A stretch of DNA of 64,000 nt from Fidelibacterota bacterium. Lineage in GTDB: Bacteria; Fidelibacterota; Marinisomatia; Marinisomatales; UBA1611. The notes under the pieces were generated by a model. It was not told the DNA's origin. It saw only the letters and a list, made by a program, of their open reading frames with translations, and searched no databases. The stretch covers positions 12,807 through 76,806 of the forward strand of contig JABHUQ010000074.1 of NCBI GenBank assembly GCA_018658715.1, in the 5' to 3' direction. Below are positions 47,116 to 56,949 of this stretch, piece by piece; position 1 is the stretch's first letter, and each line of letters starts with the position of its first letter. A program made the position numbers and the translations under genes.

Positions 47116-47286
47116 TCTTATTAGGAGTTGATTATGCTTCTATTTACAATTTAGTAGCGCAGATCGGTATTTCGTTCGTAACTATAATGGGAAACCGAAT
47201 TTAGAAAATTACTTGAATTAAGATTATTTTCTAAAAATAGGCATTTCCCTGTCAATTTACAGGTCATGTTCCCTTAATTTCACCCG

Positions 47287-49089
47287 ATGAAAACGATCCA
47301 CATACGAAATTTTTGTATCATTGCCCATATTGACCACGGGAAATCCACGTTAGCCGATCGACTTTTGGAAGAAACAAGTACTCTAAAGAAAAAAGATATG
47401 AAAGCTCAAGTTTTAGATAGTATGGATTTGGAACGAGAGCGCGGTATAACAATCAAAAGCCATCCCATTCAAATGCATTACACTCATACGGATGGAGTAG
47501 AATATATTTTCAATTTAATTGATACGCCTGGTCATGTAGATTTCTCTTATGAAGTTAGTCGCTCATTAGCCGCTTGTGAAGGTGCTTTATTATTAGTTGA
47601 TGCAGCTCAAGGTGTTGAAGCGCAAACAGTGAGTAATACCTATTTAGCTATTGAAAATGATCTAGTTTTAATTCCTGTAATTAATAAAGTTGATCTTCCT
47701 GTGGCTAGAGTTGAAGAAGTGACTCGACAAATAGTAGAATTAATTGGATGTGAAGAAAAGGATATTATTTCTTCTAGTGCAAAGTCAGGCATTGGAATAC
47801 CAGATATATTCAACGCAATTATAAATCGAATACCTGCACCTCAAGATCAATCAGGAGAACCAACTCGAGCATTGATATTTGATTCTATGTATGACAATTA
47901 CCGAGGCGCAATTCCATATGTTCGTGTGTTTGATGGTGTTCTCAAGGCTGGCATGAGTGCGCAATTTTTTGCCCACGGTGATTCCTATGATATAACTGAG
48001 GTTGGGCACTTTATATTAAAACATGTTAAAACAGATGAATTGAAAGCTGGTGACGTAGGATATATTATTGCAAGTATTCGTGATATGGGTCATATTCTTC
48101 CCGGTGATACAATAACTGTAAAAGAAAATATAGCTGAAGAAAGACTTCCGGGATTTAAAAAAGTGAAACCTATGGTTTTCTCCGGATTGTATCCTGCAGA
48201 AGCAGATGATTATGAACAACTGCGAATGGCCTTGGATAAATTAAAACTCAACGACGCATCGCTTGATTATATTCCAGAAACAAGTGAAGCATTAGGGTTT
48301 GGGTTCCGATGTGGATTTCTAGGTTTACTTCATTTGGAAATAATACAAGAAAGACTAGAAAGAGAGTTTAATCTTACTCTAGTTACAACTACTCCTAATG
48401 TTATTTATCAAGTTGAGGTTGGTGATGGCCAAATAATTGAAGTAGATACACCAGCGAAAATGCCTGTCTTAGGAGAAATTAATTCTATAAGAGAGCCTAT
48501 TGTAACGGCAGAAATAATAACGCCAAAAGAATTTATTGGTGGAATTATGAGTTTATGTCAAAAGAAACGTGGTATATATATTAATACACAATATTTATCC
48601 CCAGAAAAAGCTCAACTCCATTATGAATTACCTTTAGGCGAAATCATTTTTGACTTTTATGATAAACTAAAAAGTATTTCTAAGGGGTACGCTAGTTTCG
48701 ACTATGATTTCAAGGAATTCTTAGATGGGAAATTGCAAAAATTAGATATTCTAATTCATGGGGAACCCGTGGATGCTTTATCAACCATTTGCCACGCAGA
48801 CGATGCGTATCACCGAGGGGTAGCCTTATGTAGTAAACTAAAGGAATTAATTCCTCGTCAAATGTTTGATGTGGCTATTCAAGCATCGCTTGGGTCACGT
48901 GTTATTGCTCGTTCAACTGTAAAGCAGGTAAAGAAAAATGTTACAGCAAAATGCTATGGCGGTGATATTTCCCGAAAACGAAAATTATGGGAAAAGCAGA
49001 AAAAAGGTAAAAAACGAATGAAAATGATTGGTAAAGTTGAAGTACCACAGGAAGCATTATTAGCCGTATTGCAAATTGATGATGACTAA
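47287..49089 (+). CDS. lepA: Translation elongation factor 4 (LepA)
   Basis: It has IRNFCIIAHIDHGKSTLADRLL, DTPGHVDF and NKVDL, plus the LepA-specific C-terminal domain ending ...GKVEVPQEA. Confidence 0.97.
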   Translation: MKTIHIRNFCIIAHIDHGKSTLADRLLEETSTLKKKDMKAQVLDSMDLERERGITIKSHPIQMHYTHTDGVEYIFNLIDTPGHVDFSYEVSRSLAACEGALLLVDAAQGVEAQTVSNTYLAIENDLVLIPVINKVDLPVARVEEVTRQIVELIGCEEKDIISSSAKSGIGIPDIFNAIINRIPAPQDQSGEPTRALIFDSMYDNYRGAIPYVRVFDGVLKAGMSAQFFAHGDSYDITEVGHFILKHVKTDELKAGDVGYIIASIRDMGHILPGDTITVKENIAEERLPGFKKVKPMVFSGLYPAEADDYEQLRMALDKLKLNDASLDYIPETSEALGFGFRCGFLGLLHLEIIQERLEREFNLTLVTTTPNVIYQVEVGDGQIIEVDTPAKMPVLGEINSIREPIVTAEIITPKEFIGGIMSLCQKKRGIYINTQYLSPEKAQLHYELPLGEIIFDFYDKLKSISKGYASFDYDFKEFLDGKLQKLDILIHGEPVDALSTICHADDAYHRGVALCSKLKELIPRQMFDVAIQASLGSRVIARSTVKQVKKNVTAKCYGGDISRKRKLWEKQKKGKKRMKMIGKVEVPQEALLAVLQIDDD

Positions 49090-49805
49090 TGAAAGATTAT
49101 TATTCTTTATCAAAATCTCCTTTTTATAGTTTCATTTTTACCATTCCATTATTTATTCTATATGAAATTGGCGTTATTGCTGTTGCAGATGATGACATCT
49201 ATATTTTACGTAATGGAGCTGACGTATTTTTAAGACAAATCCTTGAAACATTTGGCGTCGTAGGTCTATATGGATTCTCTGGGTTGGTATTTGTTGGATT
49301 TTTAGCCACGTTTATGTATCAAAGACATACATGGGAAGAAACAACTCTTAATCGAAATACTTTAATTGGAATGCTCTTAGAAAGTTTTTTCTGGGCTATT
49401 ATGTTATATTTTTCTCTTGCTAAAGTAATGCTTACATTAATGAATCCAAATGGAGTTATGATGACTCAACAGGTAGTTTTAGCATTAGGTGCAGGTCTTT
49501 ATGAAGAATTTTTATTTCGTGTATTACTAATTGCAGGAATAGGCGCATTATTAACTTTGCTTTTCCAATGGAAGGAATCTTTAAGTAAATGGACAGGAAT
49601 GTTTATTTCTGCTATTATTTTTTCACTCTTCCACTTTATAGGTGATTTCGGTGATGATTTCCATTTTAACTTATTTCTAATTCGATTCGTAGCTGGATTA
49701 ATACTAGGATCATTATATATATTGCGTGGATTTGGAATAACAGCATATGCTCACAGTATTTATGATTTAATTGTATTAACTCGCATGACAACAATCGGAT
49801 ATTGA
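49089..49805 (+). CDS. CPBP (CAAX/Abi) family intramembrane metalloprotease
   Basis: It has EEFLFRVLL (the E-E-x3-R motif) and FSLFHF (the F-x3-H motif) within TM helices. It has a TAATG overlap with lepA. Confidence 0.8.
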   Translation: MKDYYSLSKSPFYSFIFTIPLFILYEIGVIAVADDDIYILRNGADVFLRQILETFGVVGLYGFSGLVFVGFLATFMYQRHTWEETTLNRNTLIGMLLESFFWAIMLYFSLAKVMLTLMNPNGVMMTQQVVLALGAGLYEEFLFRVLLIAGIGALLTLLFQWKESLSKWTGMFISAIIFSLFHFIGDFGDDFHFNLFLIRFVAGLILGSLYILRGFGITAYAHSIYDLIVLTRMTTIGY

Positions 49806-49835
49806 CATCCTTTAAAAAACAGTAAATTCACGGCC

Positions 49836-50669
49836 ATGAAAAAAAGATTTATACTTACATTCCTTATAACTTTGTTACCCATATCCCTTTTTGGCAAAGG
49901 ATTAGAATATGCTCGCATAGCCATTGTGCCAGAATATGAAGGAAACAATATTGTAATATTTATTAGCGGTAAAACAGATTCTACTGGCATGAATGGTACA
50001 TTGGAATTTGCTATTCCTCAAGAAACAGATTCATTAATGCAGATCAAATTCATTGATGAAAATGATGTTGACGTTCAGCCATTTCCCTATAATAGAAAAG
50101 CTGATAATAATTGGGTAAATGCGGGTGAAATTTCGGGCGAATTTGCATTTATGATAATCAGTCACCATTTCCATAATCCAGGAAAAAGGAATTTCACATT
50201 CAATATGGAATTTAACCAAGTGATCCACGTTTTGTCACTCGAGATTCAAGAGCCACCAATGGCAACGCAATTCCATTCATCTGAAGTAGAAGCTGAAATT
50301 GAAGATGATCCGCATGGGCAAAAGATTCATAGCGTGCATTTACACGAGTTTGAAGCTGGAACTAAAAAATCAATTCATATATCTTATAATAATGAACGTG
50401 GAATGACTACCAAAAATATGCTACAAGAAATGATAGATAACCAAAGTGATATGCCACCAGCACGAGGACAACAGAAGAAAAAACCTGTTGTAAGGCATAA
50501 ACTATACTTATGGCAACCAACTGTCATTGCTGTTTTGTTGGCCATCATAATTGGTTTTATTTATTCTCAACAGTCTGCGACATCAGATTGGAAGTATTGT
50601 CCCTCGTGTAAAACGCAAACAACTAAAAGTGCGAAATTTTGTTCTGAATGTGGAGATACTATAGGATGA
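49836..50669 (+). CDS. Single-pass membrane protein with an exported N-terminal domain and a cytoplasmic C-terminal zinc ribbon
   Basis: It has a signal peptide MKKRFILTFLITLLPISLFG, the TM segment LWQPTVIAVLLAIIIGFIY, and then CPSC-x10-CSEC (a four-Cys ribbon). Confidence 0.55.
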   Translation: MKKRFILTFLITLLPISLFGKGLEYARIAIVPEYEGNNIVIFISGKTDSTGMNGTLEFAIPQETDSLMQIKFIDENDVDVQPFPYNRKADNNWVNAGEISGEFAFMIISHHFHNPGKRNFTFNMEFNQVIHVLSLEIQEPPMATQFHSSEVEAEIEDDPHGQKIHSVHLHEFEAGTKKSIHISYNNERGMTTKNMLQEMIDNQSDMPPARGQQKKKPVVRHKLYLWQPTVIAVLLAIIIGFIYSQQSATSDWKYCPSCKTQTTKSAKFCSECGDTIG

Positions 50670-51484
50670 TCCCAATATTATTTGAAATTGGGCCACTAAC
50701 CATATATTCCTATGGTGCAGCATTAGTCGTGGCTTTTTATACAACATATTTTTTATTAAGCCGCGATTTAAAGAGATTGAATTATGAAGTGAAATTAGCT
50801 TCTGATATAATATTTTCAGCAGCTGTTGGCGGAATACTCGGTTCTAAAGTATATTATTTGATCGAGAATTATGATCGTGTTATTGAAGATCCAACTGGAA
50901 TGATATTTAGTGGTTCAGGACTTGTTTTCTTGGGTGGCTTAATGGGGGGAACACTTGGTGTTACTTATGTATTGAGAAAAAATAATCTTCCTTGGTTGGT
51001 TTTTGCTGATATTGTAGCGCCCTTATTGATTCTTGGTTATGCTATTGGCCGTATAGGTTGTTTACTCGTGGGGGATGATTATGGTCTTCCCACACATTTG
51101 TCATGGGGATTAACCTTTAAAGATGGACTTCCACCAACGTCTACTCATAATTTTGCTTATTATTATCCTTGGGTTGATTTAACGGGATTTGAGCCTGGTT
51201 GGTTGAAAGTACACCCGACCCAACTATATGAAACACTATTAGGATTAGCGATATTTGCATTCCTATGGACGAAAAGGATCCAAGTGAAGGTTGCGGGCAG
51301 TTTGTTTTTTACTTATTTGATTTTGGCTGGATTAGAAAGATTTTTGGTTGAATTTATACGAACAAATGATAAATATTTGTTTGGCTTATTTTCTGGGGCA
51401 CAAGTAATCTCTTTAACTATGATAATGATTGGAACATATTTTCTTGTCTATCCGTTCAAACAGGATGAAGATTTCCAGAAATAA
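50666..51484 (+). CDS. lgt: Prolipoprotein diacylglyceryl transferase
   Basis: It has IGPLTIYSYG, YAIGRIGCLLVGDDYG and HPTQLYE. The ATG at 50666 overlaps the upstream stop (ATGA). Confidence 0.88.
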   Translation: MIPILFEIGPLTIYSYGAALVVAFYTTYFLLSRDLKRLNYEVKLASDIIFSAAVGGILGSKVYYLIENYDRVIEDPTGMIFSGSGLVFLGGLMGGTLGVTYVLRKNNLPWLVFADIVAPLLILGYAIGRIGCLLVGDDYGLPTHLSWGLTFKDGLPPTSTHNFAYYYPWVDLTGFEPGWLKVHPTQLYETLLGLAIFAFLWTKRIQVKVAGSLFFTYLILAGLERFLVEFIRTNDKYLFGLFSGAQVISLTMIMIGTYFLVYPFKQDEDFQK

Positions 51485-52316
51485 TTCCTTTATTCTTTTT
51501 ATTCTCTTATCTCTTTCAGTCACGTTTGGGCAAAATGAGATAACTCTTTTAGCTTATAAAGCATTTCCGTCCATTTTTAAAGAAATGGACTTCAACCCAG
51601 ACAAAGTTCAAGTTGGATTAGCTGACAACATATATTTATTGGATAAATATTCAAGGCAAATATGTCGTTTAGATTCGGAACAAGATGTCATTTTCTATGG
51701 TAGCTTTGGTCGAGGAGATAATAGTTTCTTTGAACCTGTATGGATTGGATTTACTTCAGATGGTTTATGGGTGTTAGACCGAACAGAAAATAAATTAGGT
51801 CAACTTGATTATCGATTAAATAAAATTAGATCTATTGAGTTAGACAATAAGACCTACCCGGAACAAGCTGCCATTGATCCATTTGGACGGTTTTTCCTTT
51901 CGAGTCACCAATATCAGATGATTCATGGAACTGGCCAGTCAAATGTGCTAGATGGAGCCATAATTGAATTAAATGATTATGATGATATTATGTCATGTGC
52001 AAGTGATTTTAGAATTAATGATAATGGAGAATTTGGTTTATTAACATTTTGCGATGGCATGGTACATATATTTAACTCAATTGGCAAACGGATCCAGGTG
52101 GACAAGGTTTCCTTAAATAATCCAAAATATTTGGTCCCTATTCGAAATAAATGGCTGATTCTTAATGAGATTGGAGAAGGGGAATATTTATTTACAAATA
52201 AATACGTTCAATTGCCGGGGATTGTAGGATTTATTAAAGATGCTATTTCTCAAAATAGAACACTTATTATTCTCTCTGAAGATCAAGTCCTTTATCTGAA
52301 TGTTCCAACATTTTAA
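51465..52316 (+). CDS. Secreted hypothetical protein, NHL-repeat-like
   Basis: It has a signal peptide MKISRNNSFILFILLSLSVTFGQ. GSFGRGDNSFFEPVWIGFTSDGLWVLDRTENKLGQLD resembles an NHL blade. It overlaps lgt by 20 nt. Confidence 0.5.
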   Translation: MKISRNNSFILFILLSLSVTFGQNEITLLAYKAFPSIFKEMDFNPDKVQVGLADNIYLLDKYSRQICRLDSEQDVIFYGSFGRGDNSFFEPVWIGFTSDGLWVLDRTENKLGQLDYRLNKIRSIELDNKTYPEQAAIDPFGRFFLSSHQYQMIHGTGQSNVLDGAIIELNDYDDIMSCASDFRINDNGEFGLLTFCDGMVHIFNSIGKRIQVDKVSLNNPKYLVPIRNKWLILNEIGEGEYLFTNKYVQLPGIVGFIKDAISQNRTLIILSEDQVLYLNVPTF

Positions 52317-55300
52317 GCCTTGGATTGCTATTGGGCTCTTTATATTTACCTGTTTATATGGACAGGTTATATCAACGATTGATACATTAAAGTATAATTC
52401 AAACCAAAATTTATTTAAGTTAAATCATACTTTTATTATTGATAGTTCACTTATAAATATATCTCATCAAAAGATAAATATTGATTCCGTAAATAATGTT
52501 AAAGGATTAATCTTCATTACTGATTCAATCTCGAGTGAAGAGATCCATATTTTTTCATATTCATATTTACTTAATCCCCCGCCACTTTTGGTACAGCCTG
52601 ATCTTCATCCCTTTGAAACAGGAGCAAAAACTTCTTTAAAAAGTCTAGAAGAAGAAAATACTATTCACAAACAAAATCAAAATAATATGCAATCTGCGGG
52701 CACATTTTTCAGGCAATTGAATATGACACAAAAAGGGGGTTCAGAGTTCTCTGGTGGAATGAAGTTTCAATTGCAGGGAAACATAAATGAAACTATTCAA
52801 TTAAGTGGTTTCATTAGCGATCAAGAATTCCCATTACAGCCCGAAGGAAATTCTCAAAAATTAGGAGAAATTGATCAAGTGTTTTTGCAATTATCTCACC
52901 CAAACACACTGCTGGAAGTTGGAGATATAGATTATAGTCGCCATACTGGTAAATTTCAACATTACGATAGAAAGCTAATAGGTATAAAGAATCACTTTAA
53001 GCGTGGAGACATTAATGTTGAATCTATATTATCTACTACAAAAAGTCGATTTCGTAAAACTGAATTCAAAGGAAAAGATGGGATGCAGGGTCCTTATCAG
53101 CTTGCATCAGAAAATGGGAATATTGATATAATCATTCAAGCAGGAACAGAAAAAGTTTGGTTAAATGGACAGCAATTAGTCCGGGGGAAAAACCATGATT
53201 ATGTCGTGGATTATCAAGCGGGTGAAATATCGTTTACAGCAAAACAATTAATTCACCACGATTCAGATATTTATATTGAATATCAATATACAGACTATCA
53301 CTATAATAGGAATTTACTAGGAGCATCCTATTCGAAAAATATAAACGATAAAGGAAATATTTCTTTTCACTTAGTTAAGGAAGATGATTTTATATCTTCT
53401 GACAAGTCTGAATTATCTTCAGACGTACTTTCTGCATTAGAGCAGTCTGGAGATAATGATCTATATTTAAATGGAATAAGTGTTGATTCAACAGGTGAGT
53501 ATTATTTGGCTCAATCTATCTTATATTACTTGTATGAGAATGATACAACATTCACTGAAAATTATGAACGTGTATCTGCAGTCTTTTATTATAATGAAAA
53601 TGGAAATTATATAAAGAAAATTTCAGATAAAGGAAATTCGTATTACCAATATTCTACATCTCCAGATGAGAATGAATTGACATATTCACCTGGGTATTCG
53701 ATTGTGAGACCAGAAGAATTACAATCATTCAATATTCAATCTGATTGGAATTATGATAATAATCTAAATCTTAAGCTAGAATTTGCTCAATCTATCCAAG
53801 ATTTAAATAGTTTATCAAATTTAGATGATGATGATAATTTTGGTATGGCATATTATTTGGAAATTGAAAAAAAATCAGATCTTTTTTTACATGAGAATGC
53901 TCTAAATATTCACTTTTCTGATTGGAAAAAATCAATTGAATTTGCTTCATTAAGCAGGGATACAGATATATTATTTAATCGTGAATGGAATTTATCTAAT
54001 GAACAAAATGGTGTTTTTAGACTCAAAAAAGGTGACATTACTGTCAATTTACCAAAAAGTGGAATATCGACAATTCAATTTTCTTCATTGCTATATGGGA
54101 CAGATCAAAAAGAAAGATTTTATTTAAAACACAATGTAGTTAACAAAATATTTAAAGATTCATATTATTCCTATAATAGTGTTATGACGCAAGGGCATAG
54201 TTTTTTACAACAATCCGCTTATCTATCCATTTCATCAGAAGGAATGCACCCCTATTTGCAATATGTGTCAGAATTAGATGAACATTATAAATTATTTGAA
54301 ACTTCATCATTTGGTATAAAAAAAATAAAACAACAAAATGAATGGAATATCAAAGTAAGCCATAGAATAGATGCTATGGAACTTGATTCATTATTGATAG
54401 GATTAGAAGACCTGCAAGAAGGTTGGTTCCTAGAAGGAGATTTATCTTCGAATAGTTCACAGGGCTGGCGAAAAGATTTTACTATAAGGAAAAGAATGCA
54501 AAATGATATTTCATCACGAAACGATATTAATTATACATTAGGTCAAGCGCAACTTTCTTACGGGAATAATAGGCATCCAGTTCGGTGGGATTTTCAATTG
54601 AATTCTGAAGAAACATATAAAGAAAATAGAATTGTTGTTTATGATTCCATTGGGCCAGGATTAGGATATTATCGATATGATAAAAATTTCAACGATTATA
54701 TTGAAGATGAAAATGGGAGCTACATAGCCCAAACAGTATCTTCAGGACAATTATCTCAATCATCGAGTTTGTCCGGCAGTCATCGCTTTCAATATGATAT
54801 GTCAAAAGAAAAATCATTTTGGAAAATACCACTTTCGATTCACATTGAAAATAGGCTCGACTATAGTGGAAATGAACAGAATATAGAGTCACTATTACTT
54901 CCAACGATTGAAAATCAAAATATTATTAGATCCCGATGGAATAATAGATTAAAACTTGATTATAATCCAATAATGGAAAAAATACGAATCCAATCTTGGC
55001 AGAATACTTCTAGGGATATGAATGGAATGGACCCGCGAGGGAATGATATTCGCCAATCAAATGAAACAGTATTTATGTTTGAAAATAATCGATCAAAAGA
55101 ATGGAAATTATTTAATAAATCACAATGGACTCTTTTTAAGGTTGAATCTGAAATTTCATCTCTTCGTAATCGAGAAATAAATGGGTGGTGGAGTGAATTT
55201 GTACTTACACGAAAATTGAATGTAAATACAAATTATGCTCTAAGTATTCATGGAGGTCAGGGGAATGGATCTTATGGAATAGTTCCAATTAAAGCAGATG

Positions 55301-55575
55301 GAACAGGAATCAGTATTGAAGGGAAAACGTACATATCGAAAAAAGGAAGACTTGAAAGTAAATTGATTTGGAATAATATAAATTTAAAATCAGGAAATGT
55401 GTTACCACCTGAAGCGTTAATGGGAAACCCTGTTGGGAATGGACTTCGAACTCAAACTCGATTCCAATGGATAATTGATTCTCAATTATCGTTAAACATA
55501 TCCCTGATAACCATACGTGATTCTAGATATGGATCTCTTATTACATTTAATGGGGAATTTCGTGCGTATTTTTAA
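52300..55575 (+). CDS. 1091-aa predicted outer-membrane/surface protein of unknown family
   Basis: It has a signal peptide MFQHFKPWIAIGLFIFTCLYGQ and an Asn/Ser/Tyr-rich, beta-like composition. It ends ...FNGEFRAYF, with a terminal aromatic as in OMP beta-signals. It overlaps the upstream gene by 17 nt. Confidence 0.6.
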   Translation: MFQHFKPWIAIGLFIFTCLYGQVISTIDTLKYNSNQNLFKLNHTFIIDSSLINISHQKINIDSVNNVKGLIFITDSISSEEIHIFSYSYLLNPPPLLVQPDLHPFETGAKTSLKSLEEENTIHKQNQNNMQSAGTFFRQLNMTQKGGSEFSGGMKFQLQGNINETIQLSGFISDQEFPLQPEGNSQKLGEIDQVFLQLSHPNTLLEVGDIDYSRHTGKFQHYDRKLIGIKNHFKRGDINVESILSTTKSRFRKTEFKGKDGMQGPYQLASENGNIDIIIQAGTEKVWLNGQQLVRGKNHDYVVDYQAGEISFTAKQLIHHDSDIYIEYQYTDYHYNRNLLGASYSKNINDKGNISFHLVKEDDFISSDKSELSSDVLSALEQSGDNDLYLNGISVDSTGEYYLAQSILYYLYENDTTFTENYERVSAVFYYNENGNYIKKISDKGNSYYQYSTSPDENELTYSPGYSIVRPEELQSFNIQSDWNYDNNLNLKLEFAQSIQDLNSLSNLDDDDNFGMAYYLEIEKKSDLFLHENALNIHFSDWKKSIEFASLSRDTDILFNREWNLSNEQNGVFRLKKGDITVNLPKSGISTIQFSSLLYGTDQKERFYLKHNVVNKIFKDSYYSYNSVMTQGHSFLQQSAYLSISSEGMHPYLQYVSELDEHYKLFETSSFGIKKIKQQNEWNIKVSHRIDAMELDSLLIGLEDLQEGWFLEGDLSSNSSQGWRKDFTIRKRMQNDISSRNDINYTLGQAQLSYGNNRHPVRWDFQLNSEETYKENRIVVYDSIGPGLGYYRYDKNFNDYIEDENGSYIAQTVSSGQLSQSSSLSGSHRFQYDMSKEKSFWKIPLSIHIENRLDYSGNEQNIESLLLPTIENQNIIRSRWNNRLKLDYNPIMEKIRIQSWQNTSRDMNGMDPRGNDIRQSNETVFMFENNRSKEWKLFNKSQWTLFKVESEISSLRNREINGWWSEFVLTRKLNVNTNYALSIHGGQGNGSYGIVPIKADGTGISIEGKTYISKKGRLESKLIWNNINLKSGNVLPPEALMGNPVGNGLRTQTRFQWIIDSQLSLNISLITIRDSRYGSLITFNGEFRAYF

Positions 55576-56896
55576 ATATGTGACCCTATGTTGCTATTTA
55601 ACCTTATTAGTCGGTCAGACGCCTAAAAACGTTCAATTTACGCATTTGGATAGTATTGTCATTCATGATTCATTAAGAGTTTTATTGCAAGATGATAATT
55701 CTGCTCAATATGAATATCAATTAATATCGTTTGATTATGAAGATTCTGTTAATGTCAATTATGAATTATCCCCAATAGACAGAATGATAAAAAATATTCA
55801 TTTCAATCAAGGAATTGGGATTAATCCAAAGATTTTAAGTCAAATGTTTTCTCACATTATATTATCGGAGACTGAAATAAATAATTCTTTAAAATATATT
55901 AAAAATTCATATTCTTTTATTGTAGATACTCCTGTCTATACTTGGGGGATTCAAGATGAAAAAGAAGGTGTCATTATTAATTTTGTGCCGTCATTTAAGC
56001 ATCAGTTTTCTGCACTCATCGGAGCGAATCGAAATGAAAATAATATGTGGGAAGCTACAGGTGAAATTAATTTAAATGTTGAGAATATCTTTAAAAATGC
56101 AGAATCCATTAATTTATATTGGAAAAGATTAGATACGCTCTCTCAAGAAATTCAATTTCAATTTAAACAGCCACACACATTAGGAACTCCTTTTGGATTA
56201 AATATTTCTTTAGAAAGAAATACGCATGATGGGTATTTCACAGAATCATTATCACAAATAAATCTAAGCACTCACTTAAAATATATGGGACTTTTATCCT
56301 TTGGGTATGAAAACAGTAATATTTATGCAACAGAAGAAGGGATAGATGTAGGGTTTTCTTCTCATGGTGTAAAATCCATTATAAGCGAAGTTGAATCCAT
56401 TTCTTTGAATAATCGTTGGCTACCCACTCGTGGCTTCTCTTATACGTTTACTGGGAAGGTTGGGAAAATTAAAGAAGATTTAATGTATAGCCTTATAATG
56501 AAAGGGGCACGAATATATCCAATTCAAAATAATTGGCTTGGGCACATTGGCGTTTGGATAGAACAAGTAAAAAGTAGAAATAATAATGTTCCCCAATCCC
56601 GTTATATTCGTTTTGGAGGAATGAAAACGATGAAAGGATTTCGAGAAAACGAATTCCAGACCACGTTGGTGATAAGTCCTGAAATTCAATTTTCATATAT
56701 TTTAAATGATGAAATGCATTTTAGTTCATTCTATCAAACTGGTTGGTACGAATCTGATCAACCAATTTTACAATCTGTTGGATTTGGTCTAAAACAGGTG
56801 AAAGATAAATCCATTATTGAAATTTTATATGGTACCCCAATAGATGCTCCTATTACAAATGGATATTTGCATTTTAGATTTATATCTCGACTCTAA
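55550..56896 (+). CDS. Short Omp85/BamA-TamA-superfamily outer-membrane protein
   Basis: RFGGMKTMKGFRENEF fits the conserved Omp85 loop-6 R-G-[YF] region. The beta-rich barrel is preceded by only about 150 aa, enough for 1-2 POTRA-like units. The start is uncertain: ATG at 55550, or GTG at 55562 or 55580. Confidence 0.6.
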   Translation: MGNFVRIFKYVTLCCYLTLLVGQTPKNVQFTHLDSIVIHDSLRVLLQDDNSAQYEYQLISFDYEDSVNVNYELSPIDRMIKNIHFNQGIGINPKILSQMFSHIILSETEINNSLKYIKNSYSFIVDTPVYTWGIQDEKEGVIINFVPSFKHQFSALIGANRNENNMWEATGEINLNVENIFKNAESINLYWKRLDTLSQEIQFQFKQPHTLGTPFGLNISLERNTHDGYFTESLSQINLSTHLKYMGLLSFGYENSNIYATEEGIDVGFSSHGVKSIISEVESISLNNRWLPTRGFSYTFTGKVGKIKEDLMYSLIMKGARIYPIQNNWLGHIGVWIEQVKSRNNNVPQSRYIRFGGMKTMKGFRENEFQTTLVISPEIQFSYILNDEMHFSSFYQTGWYESDQPILQSVGFGLKQVKDKSIIEILYGTPIDAPITNGYLHFRFISRL

Positions 56897-56949
56897 AATT
56901 GGGTTAGGAAAAAATGGGAAATGGATATCTCTATCAGTAATTTTAACCG

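Noticed and set aside
47248-47263. CCTGT-N6-ACAGG inverted repeat upstream of lepA, as an SOS box.
   Set aside because: The CTGT/ACAG halves are spaced by 6 nt, not 8, and lepA is not an SOS gene. I kept it only as a note within the intergenic-region finding.
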